A DNA stretch of 64,000 nt from Schmidtea nova. Taxonomy: Eukaryota. The stretch spans positions 471,386,001 through 471,450,000 of the forward strand of contig CM097882.1 of NCBI GenBank assembly GCA_044892505.1, given 5' to 3'. Shown here one piece after another: positions 13,850-26,500 of the stretch. Both the position numbers and the translations under genes were made by a program. Under the pieces are notes generated by a model. The model made no database searches. It was given only the letters and a program-made list of their open reading frames with translations, and had not been told where the DNA came from. Every line of letters begins with the position of its first letter. The stretch's first letter is position 1.

Positions 13850-14089
13850 CCCTTTCTAAGGTGGTGGCAATATACTGTACACCATTTTAAACTAATAAAA
13901 ATATCTAAGTGTAACGCTGTCGGTAATCATTTTTACTTTTGGTACAACTAATGACATATATTGAGCCCTAAAAGCCTCTTTTGTTTTTTTCTATGTTTTT
14001 ATTTTTTTATGATCATTTGTAACTATATAATTATTATTAATAAACTTTGAGTTTTACATCACTTTTAGTTTCCTTTGCCTTAGAAAGGG
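13850..14089. mobile_element. piggyBac-family MITE
   Basis: TTAA on both sides; 12-bp TIR CCCTTTCTAAGG / CCTTAGAAAGGG. Confidence 0.9.
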
Positions 14090-14469
14090 TTAACGAACAA
14101 TAATTTTCTAGTTTGCAGACAGAATTAAAATTATGTCAAAAGTTCGTGATAATATGCAGCAATAATGCCAAAAATTACAATTATCAGTCAAATTTGCAAT
14201 TTAAAAGCTTTCAAATTGCTTCTTTAAAATTAATTATTTCTATTATTTCAATTCGATTTTATTGACTCCGATTTTATGTTACCGGTAATTCATGATAATT
14301 CTAATAGAGAATTACTTTATAGCGAGTTCAATAATTAAATAAAATTTAGCAAATTTTCTGCGTAGTAATTTAATTAATTGATTTATTGTCTAAACAATCT
14401 AACCAATCCAAAGAATATTGGTTTTGATTGGCTAACATTTGATCATTCCTGGCTTCAATTTTGTAAAAT

Positions 14470-14474
<5 letters not shown>

Positions 14475-14548
<74 letters not shown>
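14475..14548. repeat. (TA)n microsatellite
   Basis: Pure TA run; other TA runs at ~8828-8866 and 58518-58576. Confidence 0.98.
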
Positions 14549-14552
<4 letters not shown>

Positions 14553-15028
14553 AACCATAAATTAAAAACTTTTCACTTTTTATCAATGTTAAACAAAAAT
14601 AAAAATTATATATTTTACTTAATAATATTTCGATCCTAATAAAAATGTATAAAATCTGAATTTTTTTTAATTGATTGGAATTAATTTAATTATTCAAAAT
14701 ATAATAATAATAATTTATTAACTTCTTTAAATAATAGTTTTTAATTTATATTTTAAAAATATTTTAAATTTTGACTTCATCAAAAATAAGTGAACAAAGA
14801 AAATTTTCACTAGTCAATCAATTAATAAGATTACAATATTTTCATTGGTCAATTTTTTATTCACATGACAGGAAAATTTAGCAAAGGTAAACTTTAAATT
14901 GTGTAGATAATCATTTTATCATTTGTTGTTTTATATTAGGCACTAATTGAATTTGTTTTAATTTTGAAATATTAAATAATACTAAAATTTATAATGGAAG
15001 TGAAAATAATATCGAATAATTTAAATAC

Positions 15029-15337
15029 CTATGCTAATAAATCTTGCACTAAGTTCATCGATAGAATTGACAATTTGTTCTTTCGGTGCATGCAGTACAA
15101 TTATTGTAGATCCACACAAGCAAATCATGCAACCGATCTTTCCCAATAAATTCAAATGTTCATTTAGAATTTTTGAACTTAAAAAAGCCGTAATCAACAC
15201 ACTTAATGCTCCAAGAGGTGTAACTAGAGAAGCTGGTGCAAAACCATATGCGATGGAATTAATTATTTCTCCGGCAGCCATCAGAAATAAGCCTAACCAC
15301 CACATCCAATCTGTCAAATATCCATAACCGCCATCTC
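15029..15337 (-). CDS. NIPA2: NIPA-family magnesium transporter, exon 2
   Basis: DGGYGYLTDWMWWLGLFLMAAGEIINSIAYGFAPASLVTPLGALSV...LNLLGKIGC...IVLHAPKE is the NIPA signature. A 44-nt GT..AG intron (15338-15381) joins it in frame to exon 1. GT donor at 15028. Confidence 0.93.
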
Positions 15338-15381
15338 CTATGAACATCAATTTATTTCACAAAACTATTTCTCTATATAAC

Positions 15382-15547
15382 CTGCTCTTTTACCACGAGA
15401 AATCAATCGATTAAGAGACAATTTTTTCACTATATAACTCCAACCCATTACAAAACATGACAAAATTGCCAATCCTAAACCAATATAAAAATTGGTCATG
15501 TTTGGATGCTCATCTGTGTTTACACAACACGAGGTATTCACCACCAT
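15382..15547 (-). CDS. NIPA2: NIPA-family magnesium transporter, exon 1
   Basis: MVVNT...NFYIGLGLAILSCFVMGWSYIVKKLSLNRLISRGKRAG matches the NIPA2 N-terminus (FYIGLGLA...SFILKKKGL...RAG). GT donor at 15381, phase 1. Confidence 0.9.
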
Positions 15548-18500
15548 TTAAATTTCCTTTCGTAAAAATTATTTAATATTTAAAATAAAATTTTTTTTTA
15601 ATTTACAAGAGATTATAAATTAATATCGATTTTTAAATTAATAAATATTATTTCACTAATTTAAATAATTAATTTCATTATTTGAATATTATGATTTATA
15701 GGAGGTTAGTTATTAAAGTAATAAAACAATTTTGAACTTGCGAGGATCGCGTATTTTATTTAGTTTAATGATAGAATTTTATAAAAGTATTATTTGAAAT
15801 TTATTTCACTTTTTTCGTCATTGGATTAAAAGGATTTCATTTCAAAACATATTTTGGGCACTTATAACATCTAGTGCCAAATATTTGTATTAAATTAAAA
15901 ACATTTAGATCTCTTATTTGAAAGAAATGAAAAAACTAAAAGTGAAAAAAAGTAAAACGATTAAAGATAAGGAAAATAAAATTTTTAATAATTACATTTT
16001 TTAAATATTATTTGGAGTTTGTCTAAACAGGCGCAAAGTAAATTATAATGCACAGAAAACTGAGTAAGTCGATAAAAATAGCAAAATGCAAAAAGTAACA
16101 AATGTTGGTACCATAGCAGGCTCTTACTATATTATAACAAAATATCTATTGTTTAACCAGTAGTTACCCGTTGCAAACAACGTTGGTAATGTAAATTTTG
16201 GGTGAAATACTCCCAAAACAAAGTGCTGTTACAGCAACTATTATTGATCGAATAATTTTATGGGTTAAATAGCTATCGATAGAAGATATATTTTCATTTT
16301 ATGTTTGGTCCCTTTCTTTACCAATAGCGTTTTAACTTTCTATTGTTTATTTAAAATTCTCTTTTTAGTACTCGTGGTGGGTTGTTGATCGTCAATATGA
16401 CCTTGACGCTGCTATGGCTCTCATTAACAACTCAACACATAAAACATTGAAATTACCATTTTGTTGCCCGTCACTAAGTAACGTTGGTAATGAAACAAAT
16501 GGGTGGGTATTCGCAATCAGTGAGCGTCGTCAATACGAAACTATGATTGACCGAATATCTCCTGGGTCCAAGGGCTACCGATAGAAGGTTTCTTGCCTAT
16601 TTTGTCCCTTCTTCGACGATTTATCTATAAGCTTTCAATAAAAATTTTCATCGGAAATTCAACATAAATATTTTACATAACTCTAAATTTATTATTGTAT
16701 ACAAATACATCATTCTGAGCATCAAAACACTAACCAAACATTAAATTTTACCAATATTGTAATTTATGTTAATTAATAATTAAAGCATTCTAAAATAAAA
16801 ATTTTTAATTTACATTTATAATAAAAAATAAAAAAAAACATTAATTTTTAATTTTCAAATAACTTTATTAAAAAGAAAATATAAATATAAATTCATTGTT
16901 TAAGTTTGCTGGAATAAATCCACAAAAACAATCCCAATTTGAATAATAAGTAAGAGTTAAAAAATATATAAGAAAAATAAATTTAAAGGCTATATAAATT
17001 TAAAGGCTATATAAATATAAAGGCTATATAATGTCAACGACACTCCCCGATACGGATCCTCTCTCAACCAAATATCGGATGGGCCAAAACTTGAGCATTG
17101 CAAAATCTGATTGTCGACTCGGATAAATGGTAAATATTAACAATTCTTTAGTATTCATCATTAAATTAACAAATTACAATTTTAGAAAACTATGAAGATG
17201 GAATGCCTCTCAAATCGGTATCGAAAACAATTCTCAATCGATACATTGATGCCAATGACACTGATAATTCTAAAATTTTATGCTTAATACAAGGTTTTAC
17301 TTCATGACTTTTAAATTTCTTTCTTGTATAATGCAGCAGATTTTTATCTCTAAATGCATATAATGAGTTAATAGAGTTTAGTTTTTTAAATAATAATTAT
17401 GTATGTTAATAATTTAATAACTTCTAGATTACATAAATAAAATAGATTTAACTCCCCTTCCAAATTAATATTAAAAGGGTTTACAGTAATTTAGAAAACT
17501 AGGAACAATGTGTTGCTAAATTTCTTTAAAAATTTTACATGACGTTGAAGTATTTCGGGTATCTCAGATATCAATTTTTTGCAATTTGTACTGTTAAAGT
17601 TGTCCGGTGATGTAAATTGATGATTGCATGAGATTGTTGGGAGTTATTCAGGACGTTGAGGGTATTGTGTTGAATGAGATGAGTTGATGTGATGTTATGG
17701 GTATCGGAGCTTCATGAATGATGTAAGGAGTAAGAATAGTAAATCCGTTCATGGGTTATTATGAATTTTATTGTCTTAACGGTATGCATGCGGATGATTG
17801 TATGTGATTATATGCAATTGTTTGTGTCTGTATGTTGACTTGAATGTTGGATGAAAACGAGTGAGATTTCTTTGGATGTATGATGTCAACTAACATGTCT
17901 GTGTGGAATCTTCGGTATGGCTGGCTTGTGTGTATATAACTGTTGAATGCTAATAGATGATACTGTGTATGTGTGTATATTGTATTTTATATGTTGCTTG
18001 TGTATTAGTATGGAAGATGTTATTGAATGAAATGGATGTAATTTTTTGCAAATAGGGATGCGTTATGATTTTGAGATATCGTGGGGTAGTTAAATTATAC
18101 TATATATAAATTATATAAAATATTTTTAGAACTAAAATAATAATAATAACTTCCGTAATACTTTTTATAAAATTCCAAATTTATAATTTTATGAAAATTA
18201 TATAATGATAAAATTTATAATTTTTATAATATAGATTTTTGAATTTAAATTTTTATATTTTAAGAATATATATATATATTAATCGAAAAATTTTTTCTAT
18301 AAAATCTCGAATTTGGAATTTTATAAAATGATAAAAATTATTAATATAATAATAAAATTTCGATTTATAATTTTTATGGGGTTTAATATAACTTTTGATT
18401 TACAAATTCTCTGGAATTTTATAAAATGATAAAATCTTTTATAGAATAACGGTATTAGGAAAATTTTTGATTTCCAATTTCTCAGTATAAAATTTTTTGC

Positions 18501-21500
18501 AACATCATAAAAAGTAAATTTTTATTTTTGATCAAAATAAAATCCATCTAATAAATTTTTATCCACAAATTTCACAATCCAAATAAGAATTCGATCTAAA
18601 AAGTTTTATATACTGAATAAAAATAAAAATGAAGTAAGTTATAAATTCCTCAAGAATATTTTTCGACATCGAATATAGTGAATTTCGGTTTCGTTCGTGC
18701 ATGAATTTCCCAACTAAAGTGCGCGCGAATTTTTCGGGACGCTTCACTTAGGAACTTCAGGCTCCCGAAAACAAGGTTCACTGGAGAAACTCATTTAGAC
18801 CATAATGAGTTTAATTCAGATCAAATCAATACTTGTTTTCACAATTCGTTTCATTTCGTGATCATTATACTAGCTTTGAGCATTTTTTTGAACAATTTTC
18901 TTTTCGACATTAGCTTCCATTTTTCTTGCGTTTTCGGATAAGATGACTATTATTGTGAGAGTGAAGGTGAAGGTGAGTGCGAGTCGATTTTATTCAGTAA
19001 TATTTCCTATGTTAGATTTCAAGACATGAGCTGGACAAATCAATGTTATGTTACGAATTGCTTATGTAAATGTAATAAGAATATTCTACTATATTATAAT
19101 AAAGATCATTAATATAACAAATCCTTGCTCTTGGCCATACCACGATTTCCCAGTTGGGATGACGTGATTATGGATGTATGAGCCTCACCTTAAAGTGGAA
19201 ATATGGGCTGGCCGATTACCAATCAGACAACGATCCACCCAGGCTACTAACAGATCCGCACAACGCAAGGTTGGACGGATCGTCAGAAGATATAGGAGAA
19301 AAAAATTTTTTTATTTTTATTTTCCATAATTTTATTCAATTAACTGCTTGCAATAGAATCTTTAGGTTGGGAATTTATGCTTTATAATGATAATAGTAAC
19401 AAGAAAAAATTGACAAAAATTAATTTCATAACATTAAATATTTTAATAATACATAATTCAACAAAATAATAAATGACATATTAATTAACAAAGGGTAAGG
19501 AATGGGATGATCGTTAGGCATGATGAACGACCATTCCAATCCCCAATAAAAATAATAACAAAAATCAAATTAATTCTTACGTTTTTCCACTCCAATTCAC
19601 AAATTCTCTGGAAAATTTACAAATTCTGAATTCTCTGAAATCCTCAAAAATTCTCGGAAATTCTCTAAATCTAACAAATTCTTCTAAATTAAATTCTGAA
19701 TTCTCTGAAATTCTCAAAAATTCTCGGAAATTAACAAATTCTTAAAATCTTCTTAAATTCGAAAAAATTCTTACAACAAGTTCTCACAAATTCTGATTAT
19801 TGCCATTTTGATGGCGGTATATATACCATCGGTTTTGCGCTATCTTCCATAGTGCAATAAAACAAATTGTTCTGGAATTTTCTTTTTAATTTTTTCTAAA
19901 TTAATTCTAATGATTTTCCGAAAATTAAATCCATATATTTGTATAATAATTTTTTATAAACCATAAATAATTTATTTTAATTCAAAATTTTTATTTTTAA
20001 ATCGAAATTTGTTCGATTTGATTTAATTTATGATATTTCGATCAATATTAATTTTTTCTATTGTTAAATGCGAAGTTTTGTGATAAATTCACAATTTTCC
20101 TCTAAAACTTTGCTAATTTTTTCCGCACAGAAGGTTTATGACAAAATTCTGTTCTTTGTGGGCATTTTCAATGGGTTTTCCGCCAATTCTAACTTTTAAA
20201 CGTTCTTCTTTTAATTTTCTCGAGATTTCAGTGAAGGAACTTGCAAATTCACAGCTAGCGCGTACTCTACTGGTTACTGTGCTTGAGTCCACTTCATCTT
20301 TTTGACGTTTTTCTCTTAATCATTTTGGTTTTCAATGAATGCTTGGGTTAAAATTGAGTCTTGCGCGTTCTCTGCCTATGGGGTTATCGCTTTATTAAAA
20401 CAATTTGTAGTTTTTGCCCAACACCCGAAAGAAAAATAAAATATATTTGATTAGAATAAAATGGTTTCGCGCACATCGGCTAAAAAGAAGTTTATTGAAC
20501 ATAGATTTAATATACTAATGATCAAATAATTATTTACAGTACTTTTACTATCCGTTCATCAACCATTTTTATTAATTTTGTAGATTTTAATGATTACTAC
20601 CTTAAAATTTTTAAAGATTAAATTCTTTCGTTTCCTTAAATTATTTATAAATTTATGACAGTTTGAAAAAATAAAGATGGGATGGAGCATGAATTCATAA
20701 TATACAGTTTCGACTCCAAATCTATTGCTTCTATTCAAGATGCATTCAAGGCCTATCTTAATTTTATCTTGGTGGGAAAGTGAAGGAAATATTCCACGCG
20801 TTACCTAAAGTGAGTTTATAGTCAAGTTATAGTCAAGTTATAGAACGCACTACATAGCAGATCACCGGAGATTCTCCACTGATTACAACCCACCTGCCAA
20901 ATGCTATATTGTATATTGGCTCCAGTCATGATTGACTAAATTTGTAAGTTTATGAAATATATTTTTGTGAAATTATCGATTATTTTGTTTTTAGATGAAC
21001 ATTATTGTCACCCTGGATTTTTACCACAGAATGGAATATCTCCCTGACGATTTGAATTTAACACGTTAATCACCACGATAATATCAGAAAAATTTTCACA
21101 TGGGCCATGGTAACTTTATTAGATAATTTAGTTAAAAATGTATCTTATTTATTAACATTTTATGAGGTAAATTGTAGCTTGATCATTTCACTCTTTCGAT
21201 CTCTACATGATAAATTAAATTATACATTTATCTATGTTGCTATCTAACATGGGGTTGTAGATACGTACAGATAGCCCTTAACGATAAATATTTATTCTTC
21301 ATCTTTCTGTCAACTGTCATTACAGTTTTGATACTCATTCGTATGACTTTCAAATGGTGGGTATGTATAAATGCTATTGAAACTTGAGGAAGATTTTATT
21401 TATAAAAACGAGACAAAAATAACATAAACTTTAAGAAAAAATCTGCTTTAATATAAAATTCATTGCATTTGATACTCCGACCGTTCTAAGGCCGAAATTC

Positions 21501-21789
21501 TGACGCTGAAATTCGATGTCGAATAGCTTTTTTTGAATATCATAGCATAAAATGAGCATGAACAAAATGGATAACCGAGACATGAGCCAATGCTGAATAA
21601 AATAACTGGGCTTGCAAAACATAAAACTGACATATCTTGTATAGTCAGAATGATGTTATCTCTCCAAAGATATGAACAACGATGAGTCTCTGAATGTTTT
21701 TTCAACTGGTGATAAGTGTACATGTTTTGTTGAAAGTATTGTTACAATTTTCGGAAAGAATACTTAATTCTTCGCCAAAATTTCTCCAA

Positions 21790-23660
21790 TTTTATTTTGC
21801 TTCGGTTTAGGAAATATAGAATTTCCATCGTATGCGATATTGCCGAAATGTTTATGCAAATAGCAGTGGCTAAGGAAGAAAGGAAATTTTTGAAATTTTT
21901 ATGGCAAGATGCAGAAAAAATAAAGTTTTTGAATTTAATAGATTAGCTTCTCCGTACTTAGCACAGTATGTAACTCAAGAGAATGCAAGAAATTTAGAGA
22001 ATAAATTTCCAAGTGCTGCTGAGACAATTATTAAATCCACTTATATGGACGACAGTTTAGATTCCGTGGAATCGGAAGAAGAGGCATGAAAAAAGATTTA
22101 GAAATAATTTGGAGAACGGCCAGAATGAAAGCAAAAAAGTGAATAACTAATTCTGAAAAATTGTTGGAAAGCATTCCATTGGAAGATCGAGCTTCAAAAT
22201 TGAGTATTGAAGAAGCATGACAGTAAAAACGTTAGGATTAAAATGGTTATCAGGACCAAACTATTTTGAGTTTTCGGTGAAACCATTTCAATCGAATTAA
22301 TTAACAAAAAGAACTTTATTAATTTATATAGCCAGAATATTTGATCCGTTAGGGTTTTTAAGTGCCTTTGCTGTAAGAGGAAAGATGATAATGCAATCAA
22401 CTTGGATGTCCGGAATCGATTGGGATGATCCATAACCAATGGAAATAGAGATGAGCGCAAAAGGTTGGTTTGAAGAAGCAGTGAATTTAAATGAGTTTAA
22501 AAAATCTAGATGTTTAATTTGTTCTGTGAATAGCGTATGGAGTATTCATGTATTTTCCGATGCCTCTGAGAAAACTTACTGAGCGGTAGCGTATTTAAGA
22601 GAGCAAACTAAAGAGAACATAGAAACTGGATTTTTAGCGGCTAAGTCAAAAGTCGCTCCAGTTAAAATGGTTAGTATATCGAGGATGGAATTGCTAGGAG
22701 CTTGCATCGGATTAAAATTGGCAAAAAAGATATCGAGAGCGATAAATTACGATGCTAGGGAAGTTACATTCTGGACTGATAGCATGGATGTGCTATATTG
22801 GATACGACAGCATGTGCGAACATTCAGACAATTTGTGAGCAATAGAGTTGGAAGCATACAGTCTGAAACATCAGCTAACCAGTGGAAGCATGTGCCTACG
22901 AAGGAAAATCCGGTAGAACTTATTTCACTAGGAATGTCTGCTAGGGATCTGCAAGATAAAAGGAGTGGTTAAAAGGACCGGCATTTCTCCAATTAGAAAA
23001 AGAATGGCCTAAGACCGAATTCATCGACATTTCGACAATATGCAAAGAAATTAAGAAAGTAGTCATGTACACAAATAAAGGAGAATTAAAAAATTGGAAC
23101 TTTAAATCGTGTGTGAACTGTTTCGAACCAGAATCTTATTCGGACTGGGTGAGGTTCAAGTGTGTATATACATAGGTTGTCAGATATATTAACAATTGTA
23201 GGTGTCAAATTGAAGGTAGAAGAAAGGGTCAACTGAAATCCGAAGAACTCGAAGATATTGAAATTAGAATAATCAAGACGGATCAAGAGAAGCATTTTAA
23301 AGAAGAAGTCAAAGTAGGTGACGTTGTCTGGGTCTTAGAACCGAATATTTTAGAAGGTCGTTGGCCATTAGCAAGAATTAAGGAACTGATTCCAGGTAGT
23401 GATGTAAAGGTTAGAGTCGTTAAGGTTGAATGCCTAAGTAAAGAGAAAATCAGACCAATTGTGAAAATTTTTCCATTGGAATTGGCCAAGAACGTCCCAA
23501 AAAATATGAGTTGCGCCTGATAATACTTAAATGGGATATAAAATGAAATGAAATTTTATTAGTTGTGGTCAAATTGTAATTGTTGATGCAAGTTTGGTTT
23601 AGGTATAAAAACTTCGAATTGACAAGTTGTCAAGGAGAGGGAGATGTTGAGGAATATTTG
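21790..23660 (+). mobile_element. BEL/Pao LTR retrotransposon remnant (RT, RNase H, C-terminal tail; integrase core deleted)
   Basis: LLRFR..CDIAEMFMQ; [10 protein letters not shown]; DASEKT..AVAYLR; AKSKVAP..SRMELLGA; FWTDSMDVLYWI; VGDVVWV..GRWPLARI..RPIVKIFPL. Polypurine tract AAGGAGAGGGAGA is followed by TGTTG at 23645 (probable 3' LTR start). Many stops. Confidence 0.9.
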
Positions 23661-24080
23661 AAGTTAAATTTCCGTTCCACTTATATTTTGTTTCAAATTA
23701 TCAACTATTCGTTTCGCTTCAAAAATTTCGTTTTTATTTTTAATAATCTTCACATTCCTCAATACGCATTCCTGTTTCAAAATAATAAAATATCGTTCAC
23801 CAAATGGCATGTGGTGTGCGCTCTGTGATTTGATATGTATGTGTGTGAATTTAAATTTGTTTTCACAAGTGTAAACGTGCTTTTGTGAAGTTCTCGCGTC
23901 TGTGTGCGAGTTTTTTCGATTGTTATTGGATTTTAATTTTTGGTGGATTAATTGGAACTATTTGACGATTTGATTTTGTTGTTTTATCATATCACTTTTT
24001 GATTTAATTAGATTTTGTGAATTTTTGAAGGAATTTTAAGATTAATAAAGATTTTCATAATTTGATTTTAAATTTGAAAA

Positions 24081-24581
24081 ATGGAGTTTGGTAATCTTAA
24101 AATCGATATCGGTCAATTAAAATTGAACGATTATCTGTTCAATAAAAACTATATCAATGTATATTCTCCATCTACAGCTGATGTTGACGTGTTTCAAGCA
24201 TGCCCGTCAATTAAAGATTGCTATTTCCATGCTTTAAGATGGTTTAATCATGTCAAATAATTCTCCGAGGAAGAAAAGAAAGCATTTTGTCAAGTAGTCA
24301 AGACAGCAGCAACAACGAAAGCTGTTGAAGTCGATAAAGATGAAGTCAATGAGAAATTGATGGTAAAATGGGTTCAACCGAGAGTTTTGAATATGAGTCA
24401 AATCGAAATCATGCAAAAGAAAATCGAAAATTGGACTATTAAATCCTTAGCTTATGGATATTGTTTGACAAGCAACGATAACAGAATATCAAGCTTTTCT
24501 AAATCAACATTTTGGTGGAGTGCAAGATTTCTCTTAACGGCAACGCTTGCCACAATTGTAAAATTATCAGGAGCATATTAA
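24081..24581 (+). pseudogene. Orphan ORF (167 codons, one in-frame stop), probably part of the endogenous virus
   Basis: ATG at 24081 (MEFGNLKIDIG...), single TAA at 24258-24260, same frame continues to ...KLSGAY* at 24581. Confidence 0.55.
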
Positions 24582-24599
24582 ATAACATTTATAAAATAA

Positions 24600-25100
24600 C
24601 ATTTATGCATATCGCGCACTGTCTATTCTCCAAATTGCAGTTATAACATCTTTTGTATCTATTTTATATCCCTGAATGATTATGGTAATAAACCAATTTT
24701 CTTAGTCCTTGTATTCGATAGATTGCAAAGCATCGTGGAAACGGGTTTTCGGTTGTTAATCCATATTGTTTCCTTGCAACCTAAATTGTTATTGATTTTG
24801 AATAAAACTTTATTTAGTGCAACAACATCTTCTTTACTTAGATTTGCAGCTAAATTGTCGTACAATGACTTTGTTAATTTCACTAGATAAGACAAACGAA
24901 ACGGTATTTCTTGTACCAAGAAATAAATGTTGTAATCGTACTACATTTGTACTGGTTTGACTTCATTATTGATTTTTCTTTCTTCACTGATGTCATAAGT
25001 TTATATACGTTCTTGCATTTTATAAATTGTGAAAATATCTTCAAAATGTCTTTATATTTATAGTGATGAGTAATGCCGTTGTCCATCAAAATGACGCATT
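24600..25100 (-). pseudogene. Orphan frameshifted ORF, probably part of the endogenous virus
   Basis: ORFs 24883-25089 and 24680-24919 join by one frameshift; protein-like reading continues past stops (..KKIGLLP*SFRDIK*IQKML..). Confidence 0.5.
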
Positions 25101-25510
25101 CTAACTACACATGTTATGCAAGTCTTTGTTGCACATGTGTCTTTGTTACATGTCTTTGTCTTGTGTAAATTATACAGGTATGTTTATTTTGTTGAAACTG
25201 ATTATGTAATGCATGTTTTTGTTATAATTTAATTGATGCTTGTGTATTTATTATTTAAATTGTCTTTATTTATAAAAAATTACTATTAAACCTATTTCAT
25301 TTAAAAAATTAAAAAAAATTAATTTAAAAATTATTTAAAACTTAATAAGTAACTCAATAACAAAATAAAAAACTGAAACTGTAAAAACTAAAATAACAAT
25401 GATAAAACATTTATTAAATGAGAATTCATAAAATGAGACTACATTAAAATGAATATAATAAACATTTATTACAAATAATTGTTAAAAAACACCGATTAAA
25501 TCGCAAATGA

Positions 25511-25936
25511 TCATTCTGAAATCTTTATATCATCTAAAATACGATGACATTCATCGCAATTGGGAGATTGGGGCGACTGATCATATATAATTAGTTCTGG
25601 ACAATCCGAATGAGCCGAACATTCGGGCGATTGCTTGCATTGAGATGATTTATCGCAATCAGGCGATTTTTCATCATTCGACGCTTTGGGTGTTGAATTT
25701 AGCCATTGCTTTGGCTGATCGTCCTCCTTGTCAATTTTTTCCAATTTCTCGGAATCCATTTCAAATTGGTAGAGGGCGATCCGTAACACAGCCAAGTGAT
25801 CGAGCAAGACCTGGTGAACATCGATCCAAGTCAGGCATTGAATTTTGTAGGGAAACAGCTCCGTTTCTGTATAGGTCAGCTTCGACATCAGAATCGGATA
25901 GATTTCTTCAAGCTTGCCGTAAAGTACGGAGATCAA
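25511..25936 (-). CDS. Hypothetical protein with Ser/Pro/Cys/Asp-rich C-terminus
   Basis: 141-codon open frame in otherwise stop-rich DNA; SPxC repeats; two CCAAT-box motifs upstream. Confidence 0.55.
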   Translation of the reverse strand: MISVLYGKLEEIYPILMSKLTYTETELFPYKIQCLTWIDVHQVLLDHLAVLRIALYQFEMDSEKLEKIDKEDDQPKQWLNSTPKASNDEKSPDCDKSSQCKQSPECSAHSDCPELIIYDQSPQSPNCDECHRILDDIKISE

Positions 25937-26048
25937 TTTCTCAAAAATAAAAAAATTATAAAAATGAAAAAATAGTAAACTTTAAAATTTATCATATTTC
26001 ATTATATCGGACATTTTTTGATTGTGAATATAAATGATTGTAAAATGG

Positions 26049-26500
26049 TCATTGTATATATACGATAGAAACACAAGGCATGTACAAATTATTACACACT
26101 GTGAACCAATCAGATTCGAGTATGCATAACATGTCTTTATTATCGAAATACACATTGAACCAATCAGTGTGAATTATTGCAGATTTATTGCACATACGAG
26201 TCACATGTAATATGAAATTGACAAAGGCTTTATCTTCCTTATTTGATTTTATATCGATAATAATATTATCAACTATATTTAAATAGTCCCTAGTTTTTAA
26301 ACCTAATATAACTACTTTACCGCTTGCAAATATATTAATACACATGGGATAATATTTGATATATCTCAAAGCTGGAAATAATTCTGGCTTGTAAACACAT
26401 TCTATCAATTTAGATAATTCATTTAAATTACAAATAAATCCTAAATCTGCAGTTACAGTTATCGATTGTATTTTATTTATTTTACCTGTGATTATTTTCC
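26049..26500 (-). pseudogene. TATA-binding-protein (TBP)-like repeat domain, 5' end missing
   Basis: KIQSITVTADLGFICNLNELSKLIECVYKPELFPALRYIKYYPMCINIFASGKVVILGLK aligns with the TBP repeat ([20 protein letters not shown]...YEPELFPGLIYRM..PKIVLLIFVSGKIVLTGAK). The frame is open to 26522 but has no start ATG. Confidence 0.82.
26103..26167. promoter_or_regulatory. Pair of CCAAT boxes (GAACCAATCAG)
   Basis: The identical 11-mer GAACCAATCAG occurs at 26103 and 26157, upstream of the minus-strand ORF at 25936. Confidence 0.4.

Noticed and set aside
14370-14558. ORF with a YIYIYI run (also 58439-58687) and the poly-Leu ORF at 30111-30554
   Set aside because: Translations of (TA)n and (AAC/AAT)n microsatellites.
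15031-15327. 98-aa plus-strand ORF
   Set aside because: Antisense shadow of NIPA exon 2. The same applies to shadows of the Penelope, Gypsy and penton ORFs (e.g. 6772-6996, 42206-42457, 42540-42812, 36340-37269, 51700-51963, 26492-26701).
20700-21780. Possible decayed hAT transposase on the minus strand (HFVHAH-like motif near 21570)
   Set aside because: A single weak motif across several frames; no TIR/TSD found.
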